This document shows positions 47,458-59,360 of a stretch of DNA of 64,000 nucleotides, in pieces. The DNA comes from Paraphysomonas bandaiensis (taxonomy: Eukaryota; Protista; Chrysophyceae), in assembly GCA_965644295.1 (NCBI GenBank), contig CBFFRP010000527.1:1-64000 (forward strand). Reading direction: 5' to 3'. The first letter of the stretch is position 1. Every line of letters starts with the position of its first letter. Below the pieces are notes generated by a model. That model did not search any database. It had not been told where the DNA came from and saw nothing but the letters and a program-made list of their open reading frames with translations. Position numbers and translations under genes: made by a program.

Positions 47458-49747
47458 TCTGTGGTTAATATGGGCGACACTTATTAGAGTTCAATCCAAC
47501 TCTCTACTTATTAAGTATTTTACTTATATAGAAAAATTAATTGATAACTAATTTTATCGAATTCTGATTCCAATGTTGATAAAGGAGAGTTGGAATCATA
47601 GCGGGTAAAACCCTGTAGTTAACGGTATTGATTGAAGATACTGTGGAAGGTTAACATCTTGCGATCGAATAACATGGAGTACATTTCGGCTCATTCAATT
47701 CACTATATAATACCATTAATTTACACCTGTAGTCTATAATGTTGAAAGCTCGTCACTATATACATCATGAGATTGACTTCATCGAATAACAGATGTTTCG
47801 AACGTTTCAAGACTTGGATTTAAAAATAATAAATTAAATAATTATTACTAAATGTTGCTAATTAAATGGCTGGCTTAATAGGTAGCATCTTAAGATGTAC
47901 AGCTACTGATCATAGGTACGAATACAGTATCTGTTAGCGTAGAAGAACTTGGATGTATGTACACTGCTACAGTCACTTTATCATTATTAATCATAATTTT
48001 TTGACAGTAAAGAGGCGGTATACACTTTAACCTCAGCACACAAAAAAACGTCAAACGTCACTGACAAATATCAAACTGAGCTCTACCACAACCGTCGTCG
48101 TGATACACAGCATAACCTGATTGCAGATACCCAACGGCTTTGAAATATTCAAGTGTAGTGTAGTGCGAAGGACGTGTGTGCAATAATAAACTCATACAGG
48201 GAACAGAGGTGAGTGTATGCAAGAATTATATGTGGTCAAGAGGTATACAGTATGAAATGTTTACTCCTTTGCGTTGGTGTGCTCTTGATGTTGATGTCTT
48301 GAAGTCTATAGCATGACCAATCCTGGTCAAATGACTACTACTAACCCAACTTTTAAGAGCATAAAACTATTATCAAGTGTTTGCTATGTGTATGGAAAAG
48401 GATTAGAATAGTTTAGAAGATTTTTCTTACTTAATTCTAATTTTAGAATTCGTAATAATATACAATAAAATATTAAGTTGAAATATTGAAAACACACACC
48501 GTAAATGCGATTAATATCCCAACAAGCAAGAAGTAAATCAGGTCAGGAGGGGATGCTTCTGTCTCATTTTAGTTAACGTCGTCTGTTAACTTTGGCAATC
48601 AGATGGAGAAGAACAGCTTGATCCGGATGATGTTCGAGTACAATTTCAAGATTTAATTTGTTAGTACCTGAGATAATATATAGTATACCACCTGGGTGCT
48701 GATACGGATACTGTTCAACAGTGCAGATGGTACGGAAAAAGAACTGAACCGTGTGAAAAAGCACAGGTGCAACAAATCATGTATCTGCTGATAAAGGTGA
48801 ATTAAATTATGAAGAGTAAATGATGATGAGGAAGACGAGGTCTCTCTTTTCCTTATAAAAAACAACCGAATGCGCAAGAAAGCACGCACCGAACTGCCAA
48901 TATGATATCGTTGTGTGAATTATCTGTATAGCACTATACTAATATGTGCTGTGAAAGTTAAGATTGTTATGATAACACCTAGACACCAGATTGTTTTGTG
49001 CTAATCGACCGCTTTGGGATGGAATTATTGTAGTTCATAAAGTTATTTGGAAAATCAATATAATAGAAGGTAATATATGCCAATAATTGAATGTTTGGTA
49101 AAAAATCGTAATTATTATTGTTGGATAACTATTACCAATTAATTGCTAAAGTTAATTTTTACACAATCCTGGTAGCTACATTTTACAGAACAATAAGCTG
49201 GTAAGGCACATTGATATATTACCGGTTCTCTATTGCCCTAATGGACGTCTTCACTCCTTCTATGATTATGATGCTCGACGCTTATGAGATGAAGAAAGAA
49301 TCTCAACTTGCATTGACTGCGAAGATAATGTTCCATGTGTTGCATGTGTAATTTTGTACGATGCCTGCAATCATAAATTTATGATTTGAAAATGTTGTCG
49401 TGGTTGTGTGAAAAATATAGCGACTTACAATTTAGTATACAATCATAATATATGTATGAATTTGAATTTCTAGTGGAGAATTTTTTATAACGTGGTCAAA
49501 TACTGCCAATACTGGGAAATCATACTGCTGTGCCGTATAAAGCTCAGATCATTACGTTGAGTGTTGAGTGTACACATAACGTATAATGATGACTTGCAAA
49601 CACTGCAACTGCATCCGCACATTTCGGGTAGTTCCATTCTACGGTTACTGTATGAAAGACAACATAATCTCTATAAGAATTGTACAGGCAATCTGTTTGG
49701 TTGGAATTAGATATTAATAAGGCCATCTGTTGGACATCTACTAACTA

Positions 49748-51076
49748 TTATTTAGCTACTTTTTTCTTCTTTGGTTTCTTCGTTGGATTAAAAGCATAGG
49801 TGTTCGGAGGTGGTGAGGTGGGTGCTGCCGCTTTCGAAACAGTCTTCTTTGTGCCATCCGCCTGTATAACTTCGACGGGAGATTCTTTTTGCGTAATTAC
49901 CTGTACATATGTTAGGCGAACTGTAGGTCCAATCATCAATGCGACATCAAGTTTAAAGTACCTGGATTATATTTGTGATCGGGTTCGTTTTAAACAGAGG
50001 CAATGGCACGGTCTTAGGTGGTTTCCGAATATCGAGCATCTTTGATAGCGTCTCAGTGCGCAGGACGAGCGACTGTGTTACCGTCAAGGCATTGTTTGCT
50101 ATCCAGTAGATGAGTAAACCCTGATGCATATGTGGTTAGGGGGATTGACGGGGCATGAAAAACTCAACATAGAATGAAGGGAACACGTAGGATAGTCAAT
50201 AATGGGTCATAAATCACATGACCCCAATACAGTGTACTCAAGTGGGTATTCACAGATGTAACTCACCGAAGAGAATTGGCTCGATATGGGGATCATAGCA
50301 AGGGAGAGTGCTCGCATACCCATCACAAATCTCGGGTCTGATGGTCTCATGCCATCCGCATTGAGCTCGAACATTAGAAACATAGATACAGCACTTGCAG
50401 TAGGTAGCACATAGTAAGGGTCGGCTGCACTAAGATCAGTTAACCACAGTGGTCCCCCCGTGCAGTAGTCCGGACAATACTCACCCATTTTACGTAGCCC
50501 CATAAAAAATGCGATCATAGGAGGAATCTGTATTAAACCTGCCACAATCGACAGCATCGGACTAAAGTTGTGTTTCTTATATAATGCCTTGCTTTCACGT
50601 GCATAAAAAGTGTTATCTTTTATGCTAGTCATGTCTAACTTCGACTTCATTTTTTCTAGTTGGGGTGTTACTTCCACTCGGCGTGATCCCTGCTGCAGAG
50701 CGACCACACCAAAAGGCAACAAAGCGAATCTAAATGCAACTGTAGACAAGATAATCGCTTGCCAATACGGTACATCGCATGCAACATGAATATTATCAAT
50801 CAGCATAACGGCCAAATCTGATGGATTATATATACTCAAATCAGACACAGACAATACACTATCCGACACAGAGACATCACCAGCAGCAGGCACTGCTTCA
50901 TCAATTGAACCCTTTGAATTAGATAGAGTGTCTGTTGGTAATGAATCTTTATCAGTATTGAAACATGGAGGAGTGGATGATATGCATCGAGCTGTAGGGG
51001 CTATCAGGGAGGGTCGAAGAGAGCTTCTTGATAGGATTTTACCCAGAGGTTTTGTCCTTAAAAGTAAGGAGTTCAT
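49748..51076 (-). CDS. OXA1: Mitochondrial Oxa1/YidC-family insertase, 3 exons
   Basis: Presequence-like N-terminus; PYWQAIILSTVAFR, LIQIP, GGPLWLTDLSAADPYYVLP; exon 2 GLLIYWIANN; basic C-tail. Confidence 0.9.
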
Positions 51077-51269
51077 GTTTTATTTTAACCGTGTAATGTG
51101 TGGTTTAGTTATATATGTTGGTAAGAGTGAGTGAGAGGGAATGTTTATGGTTACCAATACCCATACATACATATATGCATACACGGTACATGCGTACATA
51201 TATATGCATCGCTGGGAAGTGTGGTATGTGTATTACCACAGTATACTTCTAGACTACTTTCCATCGTCC

Positions 51270-51500
51270 TGTATGTATGTATGTATGTATGTATGTATGT
51301 ATGTATGTATGTATGTACGTAGGTCGGTAGGTATGTATGTATGTATGTATGTATGTATGTATGTATGTATGTATGTATGTATGTAGTATGTAGAGCAGTA
51401 CATACAGCAGTATGTATGCAGGTAGAAAGGTACAGGTACGAAGGTAGGTAGGTACAGGTAGAAGGTACGTATGTATGTATGTATGTATGTACGTATAGGT
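51270..51500. repeat. Interrupted (TATG)n microsatellite
   Basis: Several TATG runs between the divergent OXA1 and RING-ARM starts. Confidence 0.95.
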
Positions 51501-51651
51501 ATGTAGATTCTGTAGATACGTATGTATGTGGTGTACATGATATGTGTGTGTGTACATAATCGGATAGAGAGATCCTCATTCTCACTGGTGTTGCAGGTCA
51601 GGAGGTGGGAGGAGTTTCCTCCCTGTTCAGTCTTAATTTCTTTCATCTGAT

Positions 51652-54600
51652 ATGGAGTGTCCGATTTGTCGTTATGATTTCACTGATGCGGGAGAGCATG
51701 ACCCTCGAAGCTTACCCTGTGGACACACTCTATGCGTCACATGCTTACGTCAATTGAGAGCATCTACATGTCCGACATGCTGCACACGTTTTCCAAGTGA
51801 TATTAATAAAATTCCAAGAAATTTCACTGTGATTGACTTTTGTCGTCTTTTGCCTTCCTCATCCAATCAGAAGCGTCCATTTTGTGATACAGAAGACTTC
51901 GAACAAATTAATATAAACATAATAAAAAAAGACGAAGTGTTAAGACGCATGAGTTCGATCAGACGTGAGTCGCAAGCCATCAAAGAAGAGATCAGAGACA
52001 CACTGGAACACGTCAATGAGTTACAGTCGAATTGTTCGCGTTTAGATTCTGAGTATGAGACTCTCTGTAGTGAAAAGGAACAAATTCAGTCTCTAATTTT
52101 ACAGTTACAGAGTCGAACTCTTGTAAATAACATGCAGCAGCATGCTCTTCCAGCCCCCCCATTAACAGGAGAAGGAACAAGTGTTTCCTCAGGATATAGT
52201 CATGAGAGAACAAGTGAATATGATGAGATTATTCGGTTGATTGCATTGTTACGTGAGGGCAGTGCAGAGGATAAGATTGAGGCGGCAAGGGCGCTTTTGA
52301 ATCTCACTGTTTACGCCGATAACAGTGTCAGCATTGCTCGCGAGGGCGGTATATCTGCTTTGATAACATTGTTACGTGAGGGCTGTGCAGTGGGTAAGCG
52401 TCTGGCGGCAGGGGCACTTTGGGGCCTTGCTCGAAACGCCGATAACAGTGTCAGCATTGCTCACGAAGGTGGTATAGCTGCATTGATTGCATTATTACGT
52501 GGGGGCTGTGCAGAGGGCAAGGGTCAGGCAGCAGGAGCGCTTCGTGTCCTTGCTCGAAACGCCGATTACTGTGTTAGCATTGCTTCTGAGGGCGGTATAG
52601 CTGCATTGATTGCGTTGTTACGTGAGGGCAGTGTAGACGGTAAGCGATCGGCGGTAGGGGCGCTTTGGGGCCTTGCTCGAAACGCCGATAACAGTGTCAG
52701 CATTGCTTCTGAGGGCGGTATAGCTGTATTGATTGCATTGTTGCGTGAGGGCAGTCCAATGGGAAAGGTTGAGGCGGCAGGGGCGCTTCGTGTCCTTGCT
52801 ACAAACGCTGATAACAATGTCAGCATTGCTCATGAGGGCGGCATAGCTGCATTGATTGCATTGTTACGTGAGGGCAATGCAGAGGGTAAGCGATTGGCGG
52901 CAGGAGCGCTTTGGGGCCTTGCTCGGAATGCCGATAACAGAGTCAGCATTGCTCGCGAAGGCGGTATAGCTGTATTGATTGCATTGTTACGTAGGGGCTG
53001 TGTAGAGGGTAAATTTCAGGCGGCAGGGGCACTTTGGGACATTGCTGCAGACACCAATAACAGTGGCAGCATTGCTCGTGAGGGCGGTATAACTGCATTG
53101 ATTGCCTTCTTGCGTGAGGGCTGTGCAAAAGGTAAACGTCAGGCTGCAGGGGCGCTAGGTATCCTTGCTACAAATGCTGACAACAGAGTCAACATTGCTC
53201 GCGAGGGCGGTGTAGCTGCATTGATTACATTGTTGCGTGAGGGCAATGCAGAGGGTAAGCGTCTGGCAGCAGAGGCGTTAAGGAACCTCGCTGAAAACGA
53301 TGACAACAATATATGTATTGCTTGTGAGGGCGGTATACCTCCTTTGATTGCATTGTTGTGTGAGGGCAGTACAGAGGGCAAGTCTACGGCAGCTGCGGCG
53401 CTCGGTATCCTTGCTGCAAACGCCAACAACAGTATCAACATTGCTCGCGAGGGTGGTGTAGCTGCATTGATTGCATTGTTATGCGAGGGCAATGCAGAGG
53501 GCAAACATGTTGCAGCCGCGGCGCTTGGTTCCCTTGCTGCTAACGCTGAGAACAGTGTCTGCATTGCTTGTGAGGGCGGTATACCTCCTTTGATTGCATT
53601 GTTGTGTGAGGGCAATGCAGAGGGTAAGTGTCTGGCAGCAGAAACGTTAAGGACCCTCGCTATAAACGCCGATAACAGTGTCAGCATTGCTTCTGAGGGC
53701 GGTATTCCTCCATTGATTGCATTGTTGCGCGCGGGCTGTGCAGAGGGTAAACGTCAGGCTGCAGGAGCGCTCAGGAACCTCTCTCTAAATGCTGTTAACA
53801 GTGTCAACATTGCTCGCGAGGGCGGTGTAGCTGCATTGATTACATTGTTGCGTGAGGGCAATGCAGAGGGTAAGCGTCTGGCAGCAGGGGCGTTAAGGAA
53901 CCTCGCTGAAAACGCAGATAACAAAATCAGCATTGCTTGTGAGGGTGGTATACCTCCTTTGATTGCATTGTTGCGTGAGGGCTGTGCAGAGGGTAAACGT
54001 CAGGCTGCAGGGGCGCTAAGGACTCTCTCTCTAAATGCTGTTAACAGTGTCAACATTGCTCGCGAGGGCGGTGTAGCTGCATTGATTACATTGTTGCGTG
54101 AGGGCAATGCAGAGGGTAAGCGTCTGGCAGCAGAAACGTTAAGGAACCTCGCTGAAAACGATGACAACAATATATGTATTGCTTCTGAGGGCGGTATACC
54201 ACTTCTGATTACATTGTCGCGTGCGGGCTGTGCAGAGGGTAAACGTCAGGCTGCAGGAGCGCTAAGGACCCTCTCTCTAAATGCTGTTAACAGTGTCAAC
54301 ATTGCTCGCGAGGGCGGTGTAGCTGCATTGATTACATTGTTGCGTGAGGGCAATGCAGAGGGTAAGCGTGTGGCAGCAGAAGCGTTAAGGAACCTCGCTG
54401 AAAACGATGACAATAATATATGTATTGCTTGTGAGGGCGGTATACCACTTCTGATTACATTGTTGCGTACGGGCTGTGCAGAGGGTAAACGTCAGGCTGC
54501 AGGGGCGTTAAGGAACCTCGCTGGAAACGATGGCAACAATATATGTATTGCTTCTGAGGGTGGTATACCTCCTTTGATTACATTGTTGCGTGAGGGCAAT

Positions 54601-57333
54601 GCAGAGGGTAAACGTCAGGCTGCAGGGGCGCTCGGTATCCTTGCTACAAATGCTGACAACAGAGTCAACATTGCTCGCGAGGGCGGTGTAGCTGCATTGA
54701 TTATATTGTTGCGTGAGGGCAATGCAGAGGGTAAGCGTCTGGCAGCAGAGGCGTTAAGGAACCTCGCTGGAAACGATGACAACAATATGTGTATTGCTTC
54801 TGAGGGTGGTATACCTCCTTTGATTACATTGTTGCGTACGGGCTGTGCAGAGGGTAAACGTCAGGCTGCAGGGGCGCTAGGTATCCTTGCTACAAATGCT
54901 GTTAACAATGTCAACATTGCTCGCGAGGGCGGTGTAGCTGCATTGATTACATTGTTGCGTGAGGGCAATGCAGAGGGTAAGCGTCTGGCAGCAGGGGCGT
55001 TAAGGAACCTCGCTGAAAACGCAGATAACAAAATCAGCATTGCTTGTGAGGGTGGTATACCTCCTTTGATTGCATTGTTGCGTGAGGGCTGTGCAGAGGG
55101 TAAACGTCAGGCTGCAGGGGCGCTAAGGACTCTCTCTCTAAATGCTGTTAACAGTGTCAACATTGCTCGCGAGGGCGGTGTAGCTGCATTGATTACATTG
55201 TTGCGTGAGGGCAATGCAGAGGGTAAGCGTCTGGCAGCAGAAACGTTAAGGAACCTCGCTGAAAACGATGACAACAATATATGTATTGCTTCTGAGGGCG
55301 GTATACCACTTCTGATTACATTGTCGTGTGCGGGCTGTGCAGAGGGTAAACGTCAGGCTGCAGGAGCGCTAAGGACCCTCTCTCTAAATGCTGTTAACAG
55401 TGTCAACATTGCTCGCGAGGGCGGTGTAGCTGCATTGATTACATTGTTGCGTGAGGGCAATGCAGAGGGTAAGCGTGTGGCAGCAGAAGCGTTAAGGAAC
55501 CTCGCTGAAAACGATGACAATAATATATGTATTGCTTGTGAGGGCGGTATACCACTTCTGATTACATTGTTGCGTACGGGCTGTGCAGAGGGTAAACGTC
55601 AGGCTGCAGGGGCGTTAAGGAACCTCGCTGGAAACGATGGCAACAATATATGTATTGCTTCTGAGGGTGGTATACCTCCTTTGATTACATTGTTGCGTGA
55701 GGGCAATGCAGAGGGTAAACGTCAGGCTGCAGGGGCGCTCGGTATCCTTGCTACAAATGCTGACAACAGAGTCAACATTGCTCGCGAGGGCGGTGTAGCT
55801 GCATTGATTATATTGTTGCGTGAGGGCAATGCAGAGGGTAAGCGTCTGGCAGCAGAGGCGTTAAGGAACCTCGCTGGAAACGATGACAACAATATGTGTA
55901 TTGCTTCTGAGGGTGGTATACCTCCTTTGATTACATTGTTGCGTACGGGCTGTGCAGAGGGTAAACGTCAGGCTGCAGGGGCGCTAGGTATCCTTGCTAC
56001 AAATGCTGTTAACAATGTCAACATTGCTCGCGAGGGCGGTGTAGCTGCATTGATTACATTGTTGCGTGAGGGCAATGCAGAGGGTAAGCGTCTGGCAGCA
56101 GGGGCGTTAAGGAACCTCGCTGAAAACGCAGATAACAAAATCAGCATTGCTTGTGAGGGTGGTATACCTCCTTTGATTGCATTGTTGCGTGAGGGCTGTG
56201 CAGAGGGTAAACGTCAGGCTGCAGGGGCGCTAAGGACTCTCTCTCTAAATGCTGTTAACAGTGTCAACATTGCTCGCGAGGGCGGTGTAGCTGCATTGAT
56301 TACATTGTTGCGTGAGGGCAATGCAGAGGGTAAGCGTCTGGCAGCAGGGGCGTTAAGGACCCTCGCTGAAAACGCAGATAACAAAATCAGCATTGCTTAT
56401 GAGGGTGGTATACCTCCATTGATTGCATTGTTGCGTGTGGGCTGTGCAGAGAGTAAACGTCAGGCTGCAGGGGCGCTTGGTATCCTTGCTACAAATGCTG
56501 ACAACAGAGTCAACATTGCTCGCGAGGGCGGTGTAGCTGCATTGATTACATTGTTGCGTGAGGGCAATGCAGAGGGTAAGCGTCTGGCAGCAGAGGCGTT
56601 AAGTAACCTCGCTGAAAACGATGACAACAAAATCAGCATTGCTTGTGAGGGCGGTATACCACTTCTGATTACATTGTTGCGTGAGGGCTGTGCAGAGGGT
56701 AAACGTCAGGCTGCAGGAGCGCTAAGGACCCTCTCTCTAAATGCTGTTAACAGTGTCAACATTGCTCGCGAGGGCGGTGTAGCTGCATTGATTACATTGT
56801 TGCGTGAGGGCAATGCAGAGGGTAAGCGTCTGGCAGCAGGGGCGTTAAGGAACCTCGCTGAAAACGATGACAACAATATATGTATTGCTTCTGAGGGCGG
56901 TATACCTCCTTTGATTGCATTGTTGTGTGAGGGCAATACAGAGGGCAAGTCTACGGCAGCCGCGGCGCTTGGTATCCTTGCTGCAAACGCCGATAACAGT
57001 ATCAACATTGCTCGCGAGGGTGGTGTAGCTGCATTGATTGCATTGTTACGTGAGGGCAGTCCACTGGGTAAGGTTGAAGCAGCGGGAGCACTCTGGAATT
57101 TAGCTGTAAACTCTGACGACCAAGTCAGTAGTACTCGCGAGGGTGGTATATCTGCATTGATTGCAATTTTTCGTGAGGGCAGTGCAGACGGTAAGTTTCA
57201 GGCGACAGGAGCACTTCGGTGTTTAGCTGAGAACCCTGATATTAGTGTCAGAAATGCTCTCCATAGCGGAATAGCTGCATTGATTGCTCTGTTGCGTGAG
57301 CATATATCTGAATGTATATATCAAAGTGTATAA
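51652..57333 (+). CDS. RING-HC + coiled coil + about 41 armadillo repeats (putative E3 ubiquitin ligase), intronless
   Basis: CPIC...PRSLPCGHTLCVTC...CPTC...IPRNF; heptad-rich segment; then 41-aa units GG(I/V)xxLIxLLREGxAEGKxxAAxALxxLAxNxDNxxxIAxE. Confidence 0.93.
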   Translation: MECPICRYDFTDAGEHDPRSLPCGHTLCVTCLRQLRASTCPTCCTRFPSDINKIPRNFTVIDFCRLLPSSSNQKRPFCDTEDFEQININIIKKDEVLRRMSSIRRESQAIKEEIRDTLEHVNELQSNCSRLDSEYETLCSEKEQIQSLILQLQSRTLVNNMQQHALPAPPLTGEGTSVSSGYSHERTSEYDEIIRLIALLREGSAEDKIEAARALLNLTVYADNSVSIAREGGISALITLLREGCAVGKRLAAGALWGLARNADNSVSIAHEGGIAALIALLRGGCAEGKGQAAGALRVLARNADYCVSIASEGGIAALIALLREGSVDGKRSAVGALWGLARNADNSVSIASEGGIAVLIALLREGSPMGKVEAAGALRVLATNADNNVSIAHEGGIAALIALLREGNAEGKRLAAGALWGLARNADNRVSIAREGGIAVLIALLRRGCVEGKFQAAGALWDIAADTNNSGSIAREGGITALIAFLREGCAKGKRQAAGALGILATNADNRVNIAREGGVAALITLLREGNAEGKRLAAEALRNLAENDDNNICIACEGGIPPLIALLCEGSTEGKSTAAAALGILAANANNSINIAREGGVAALIALLCEGNAEGKHVAAAALGSLAANAENSVCIACEGGIPPLIALLCEGNAEGKCLAAETLRTLAINADNSVSIASEGGIPPLIALLRAGCAEGKRQAAGALRNLSLNAVNSVNIAREGGVAALITLLREGNAEGKRLAAGALRNLAENADNKISIACEGGIPPLIALLREGCAEGKRQAAGALRTLSLNAVNSVNIAREGGVAALITLLREGNAEGKRLAAETLRNLAENDDNNICIASEGGIPLLITLSRAGCAEGKRQAAGALRTLSLNAVNSVNIAREGGVAALITLLREGNAEGKRVAAEALRNLAENDDNNICIACEGGIPLLITLLRTGCAEGKRQAAGALRNLAGNDGNNICIASEGGIPPLITLLREGNAEGKRQAAGALGILATNADNRVNIAREGGVAALIILLREGNAEGKRLAAEALRNLAGNDDNNMCIASEGGIPPLITLLRTGCAEGKRQAAGALGILATNAVNNVNIAREGGVAALITLLREGNAEGKRLAAGALRNLAENADNKISIACEGGIPPLIALLREGCAEGKRQAAGALRTLSLNAVNSVNIAREGGVAALITLLREGNAEGKRLAAETLRNLAENDDNNICIASEGGIPLLITLSCAGCAEGKRQAAGALRTLSLNAVNSVNIAREGGVAALITLLREGNAEGKRVAAEALRNLAENDDNNICIACEGGIPLLITLLRTGCAEGKRQAAGALRNLAGNDGNNICIASEGGIPPLITLLREGNAEGKRQAAGALGILATNADNRVNIAREGGVAALIILLREGNAEGKRLAAEALRNLAGNDDNNMCIASEGGIPPLITLLRTGCAEGKRQAAGALGILATNAVNNVNIAREGGVAALITLLREGNAEGKRLAAGALRNLAENADNKISIACEGGIPPLIALLREGCAEGKRQAAGALRTLSLNAVNSVNIAREGGVAALITLLREGNAEGKRLAAGALRTLAENADNKISIAYEGGIPPLIALLRVGCAESKRQAAGALGILATNADNRVNIAREGGVAALITLLREGNAEGKRLAAEALSNLAENDDNKISIACEGGIPLLITLLREGCAEGKRQAAGALRTLSLNAVNSVNIAREGGVAALITLLREGNAEGKRLAAGALRNLAENDDNNICIASEGGIPPLIALLCEGNTEGKSTAAAALGILAANADNSINIAREGGVAALIALLREGSPLGKVEAAGALWNLAVNSDDQVSSTREGGISALIAIFREGSADGKFQATGALRCLAENPDISVRNALHSGIAALIALLREHISECIYQSV
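52228..57300 (+). repeat. Coding tandem array of 123-bp units with a 1107-bp higher-order repeat
   Basis: 123-bp period throughout; equivalent positions at 53881, 54988 and 56095 (offset 1107 = 9 x 123). Confidence 0.95.
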
Positions 57334-58443
57334 TTTTTACGCTTAAAGTAGATATATGGACTTATGTACAGCACTATCAGTTAACATTAATTGTAAGTAT
57401 TCTTGGTGATTTGCTGCATTAATTGGATTCAATCTCACCAAATAATATACAGCTTTAGACGGTCATGATACCAGCAGTGAATGTCTTATTATTAGCAATA
57501 GGCAGTCTATCAATAACGAATTATAATTATTAATCTCAATACTGCACAAAATATTCATGTACCATCTGTTTTCTCAGAAACATCAGGTTATCATTTCTTC
57601 AGTCACTCCTATATAGTCATACCCTCATTGAAAATCTGATTATTAAGAAGCGCAAGCTTGTGCGTTGCCGCGACCAACCTAACAACTCGCGCGACACTAT
57701 GCATAACATGACTCTCATCTAGTTACTATTGCATGCACCGACAAGTGCTCAACTATACAACACGATTTAGTTAGCTACATGGGCATACGACGAGTTGCGT
57801 GTTTAAGCCGGATCATACGCTCCTGCCCAATCTACTTGTCCTAACACAAACAACTTGCGGTCGGTGTCTTCGGCATATGTCTCCTGTATATGCGGCAGAT
57901 CTTTAGGGCCCTCTTCAAGGTGGTGTTCACAGCAGCAGGTAGTCTGGAAGGGAGAATAAAGTAGCTCTATAGCGCTGGGTCCTCCCACGGTCACGAAGCG
58001 GTCTCACTGGTGCAATTTTGCACACTGACGCATGAAACAGACATCTACCAAAATCTGTTACAAATTCAAGCTGACTCCAATGTCTTCCCTCCATTGTGTG
58101 CACTCATCCAGCACATGCATCCACCTTGCACTTTTCTCCCGAGTGACTTACACTAGTAGGAAACCGTGCACCTTCCCCGCTCGGATGAAAACCTACTAAG
58201 CAAGAATAACATAAAAGCACCACAAATGTACCTGACACTGCTTGGAGAACAGTGCCAGAGCCTTGATATAATCTCAATGACCTGGGTCAGGAGAAACCAA
58301 GACTAGGCAGTAGACGTGTGAGAAGACATGACAGGTCTAATCACATCATTGCCATTGCCATGCATCCATGAGGAAAGTTTGACGCATTACCTCGGTCATT
58401 GGCCGCACAGATACCGAATAATGTGAACTCATACTCAGCATCA

Positions 58444-59177
58444 ATCACTCAAAGCAAACGCAGGGAGCAAGCAGAATGTTGATATACCTGACATCTGCTG
58501 ACTTCAGGTGTTTTGAGTTCTTAAGGTGAACATCCCGGATGCTTAACTTCAGCAGGCAGCCCAATACCCCGGTTACCCTTCTGGTGGGCCCTGTCCCGGA
58601 TGCCCTTGAGGTGGGCCCATTCCCGGATGCCTGTTTATTCGTCAGGGCCCAAAGACGTCTACACAAGTGACACTTATTAGTGTCCCTTGTACCACACAAG
58701 CATTTGGCTATGAGTGGGCAGAACAATATATCTGCTGACTATATAATATGCGGCTCACGTTAGTTTCCCGGAGAAATATCTCCGGTACTTATCCCCCAGA
58801 ACACCACGAAAAGGTGCGAGTCCGACTTTGTTGAGGGAGTCATACCCTCAACAAAGTCGGACCCACACCTTTTCACGGTGTTCTGGTATGTCACCGAGAA
58901 ACTAACGTGAGCCGCATATATAGTTATCAGATTTTGTTCTGCCCACTCATAGCCAAATGCTTGTGTGGTAGAAGGGACACTAAAATAAGTGTCATTCCTG
59001 TAGACGACTTTGAACCCTGACAAATAAGTAAACATCGGGGAATGGGCCCACCTCAAGAACATCCGGGGTACAGGGCTGTCCTCACTGAAGTCAAGCATCC
59101 GAGCTAGTTCACCTTAAGAACACAAAAATCAGCAGATACCAACATTCTGTTTGCTCACTGCGTTTGCTTTGAGTGAT
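58444..59177. repeat. Imperfect palindrome formed by two inverted copies of the dispersed family, centred at 58841
   Basis: GTCCGACTTTGTTGAGGG-agtcata-CCCTCAACAAAGTCGGAC at the centre; arms align with indels out to ATCACTCAAAGCAAACGCAG / CTGCGTTTGCTTTGAGTGAT. Confidence 0.92.
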
Positions 59178-59360
59178 AGAGTTAAAGCGGAGGTGGTCGC
59201 ACCTTGGTGCCTGCGATGACGCACAAGCAGCTTTCGTAGCGTCGAATAGTACGATATTAGTATTAGATTTCTGTTTAGGATTAACACTAACATGCCTATT
59301 GCTAAATAACCAGACATAATATAATTATAGTCATACATCAATAACTGAATTTGCTTTCTT

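Noticed and set aside
48550-48900. Coding-like acidic stretch between RhoGEF and OXA1
   Set aside because: Interrupted by stops, with no recognisable family; cannot be supported as a pseudogene.
52566-57008. Antisense ORFs within the ARM array, and other ORFs opposite real genes
   Set aside because: Shadows of the sense coding frame with no independent motifs.
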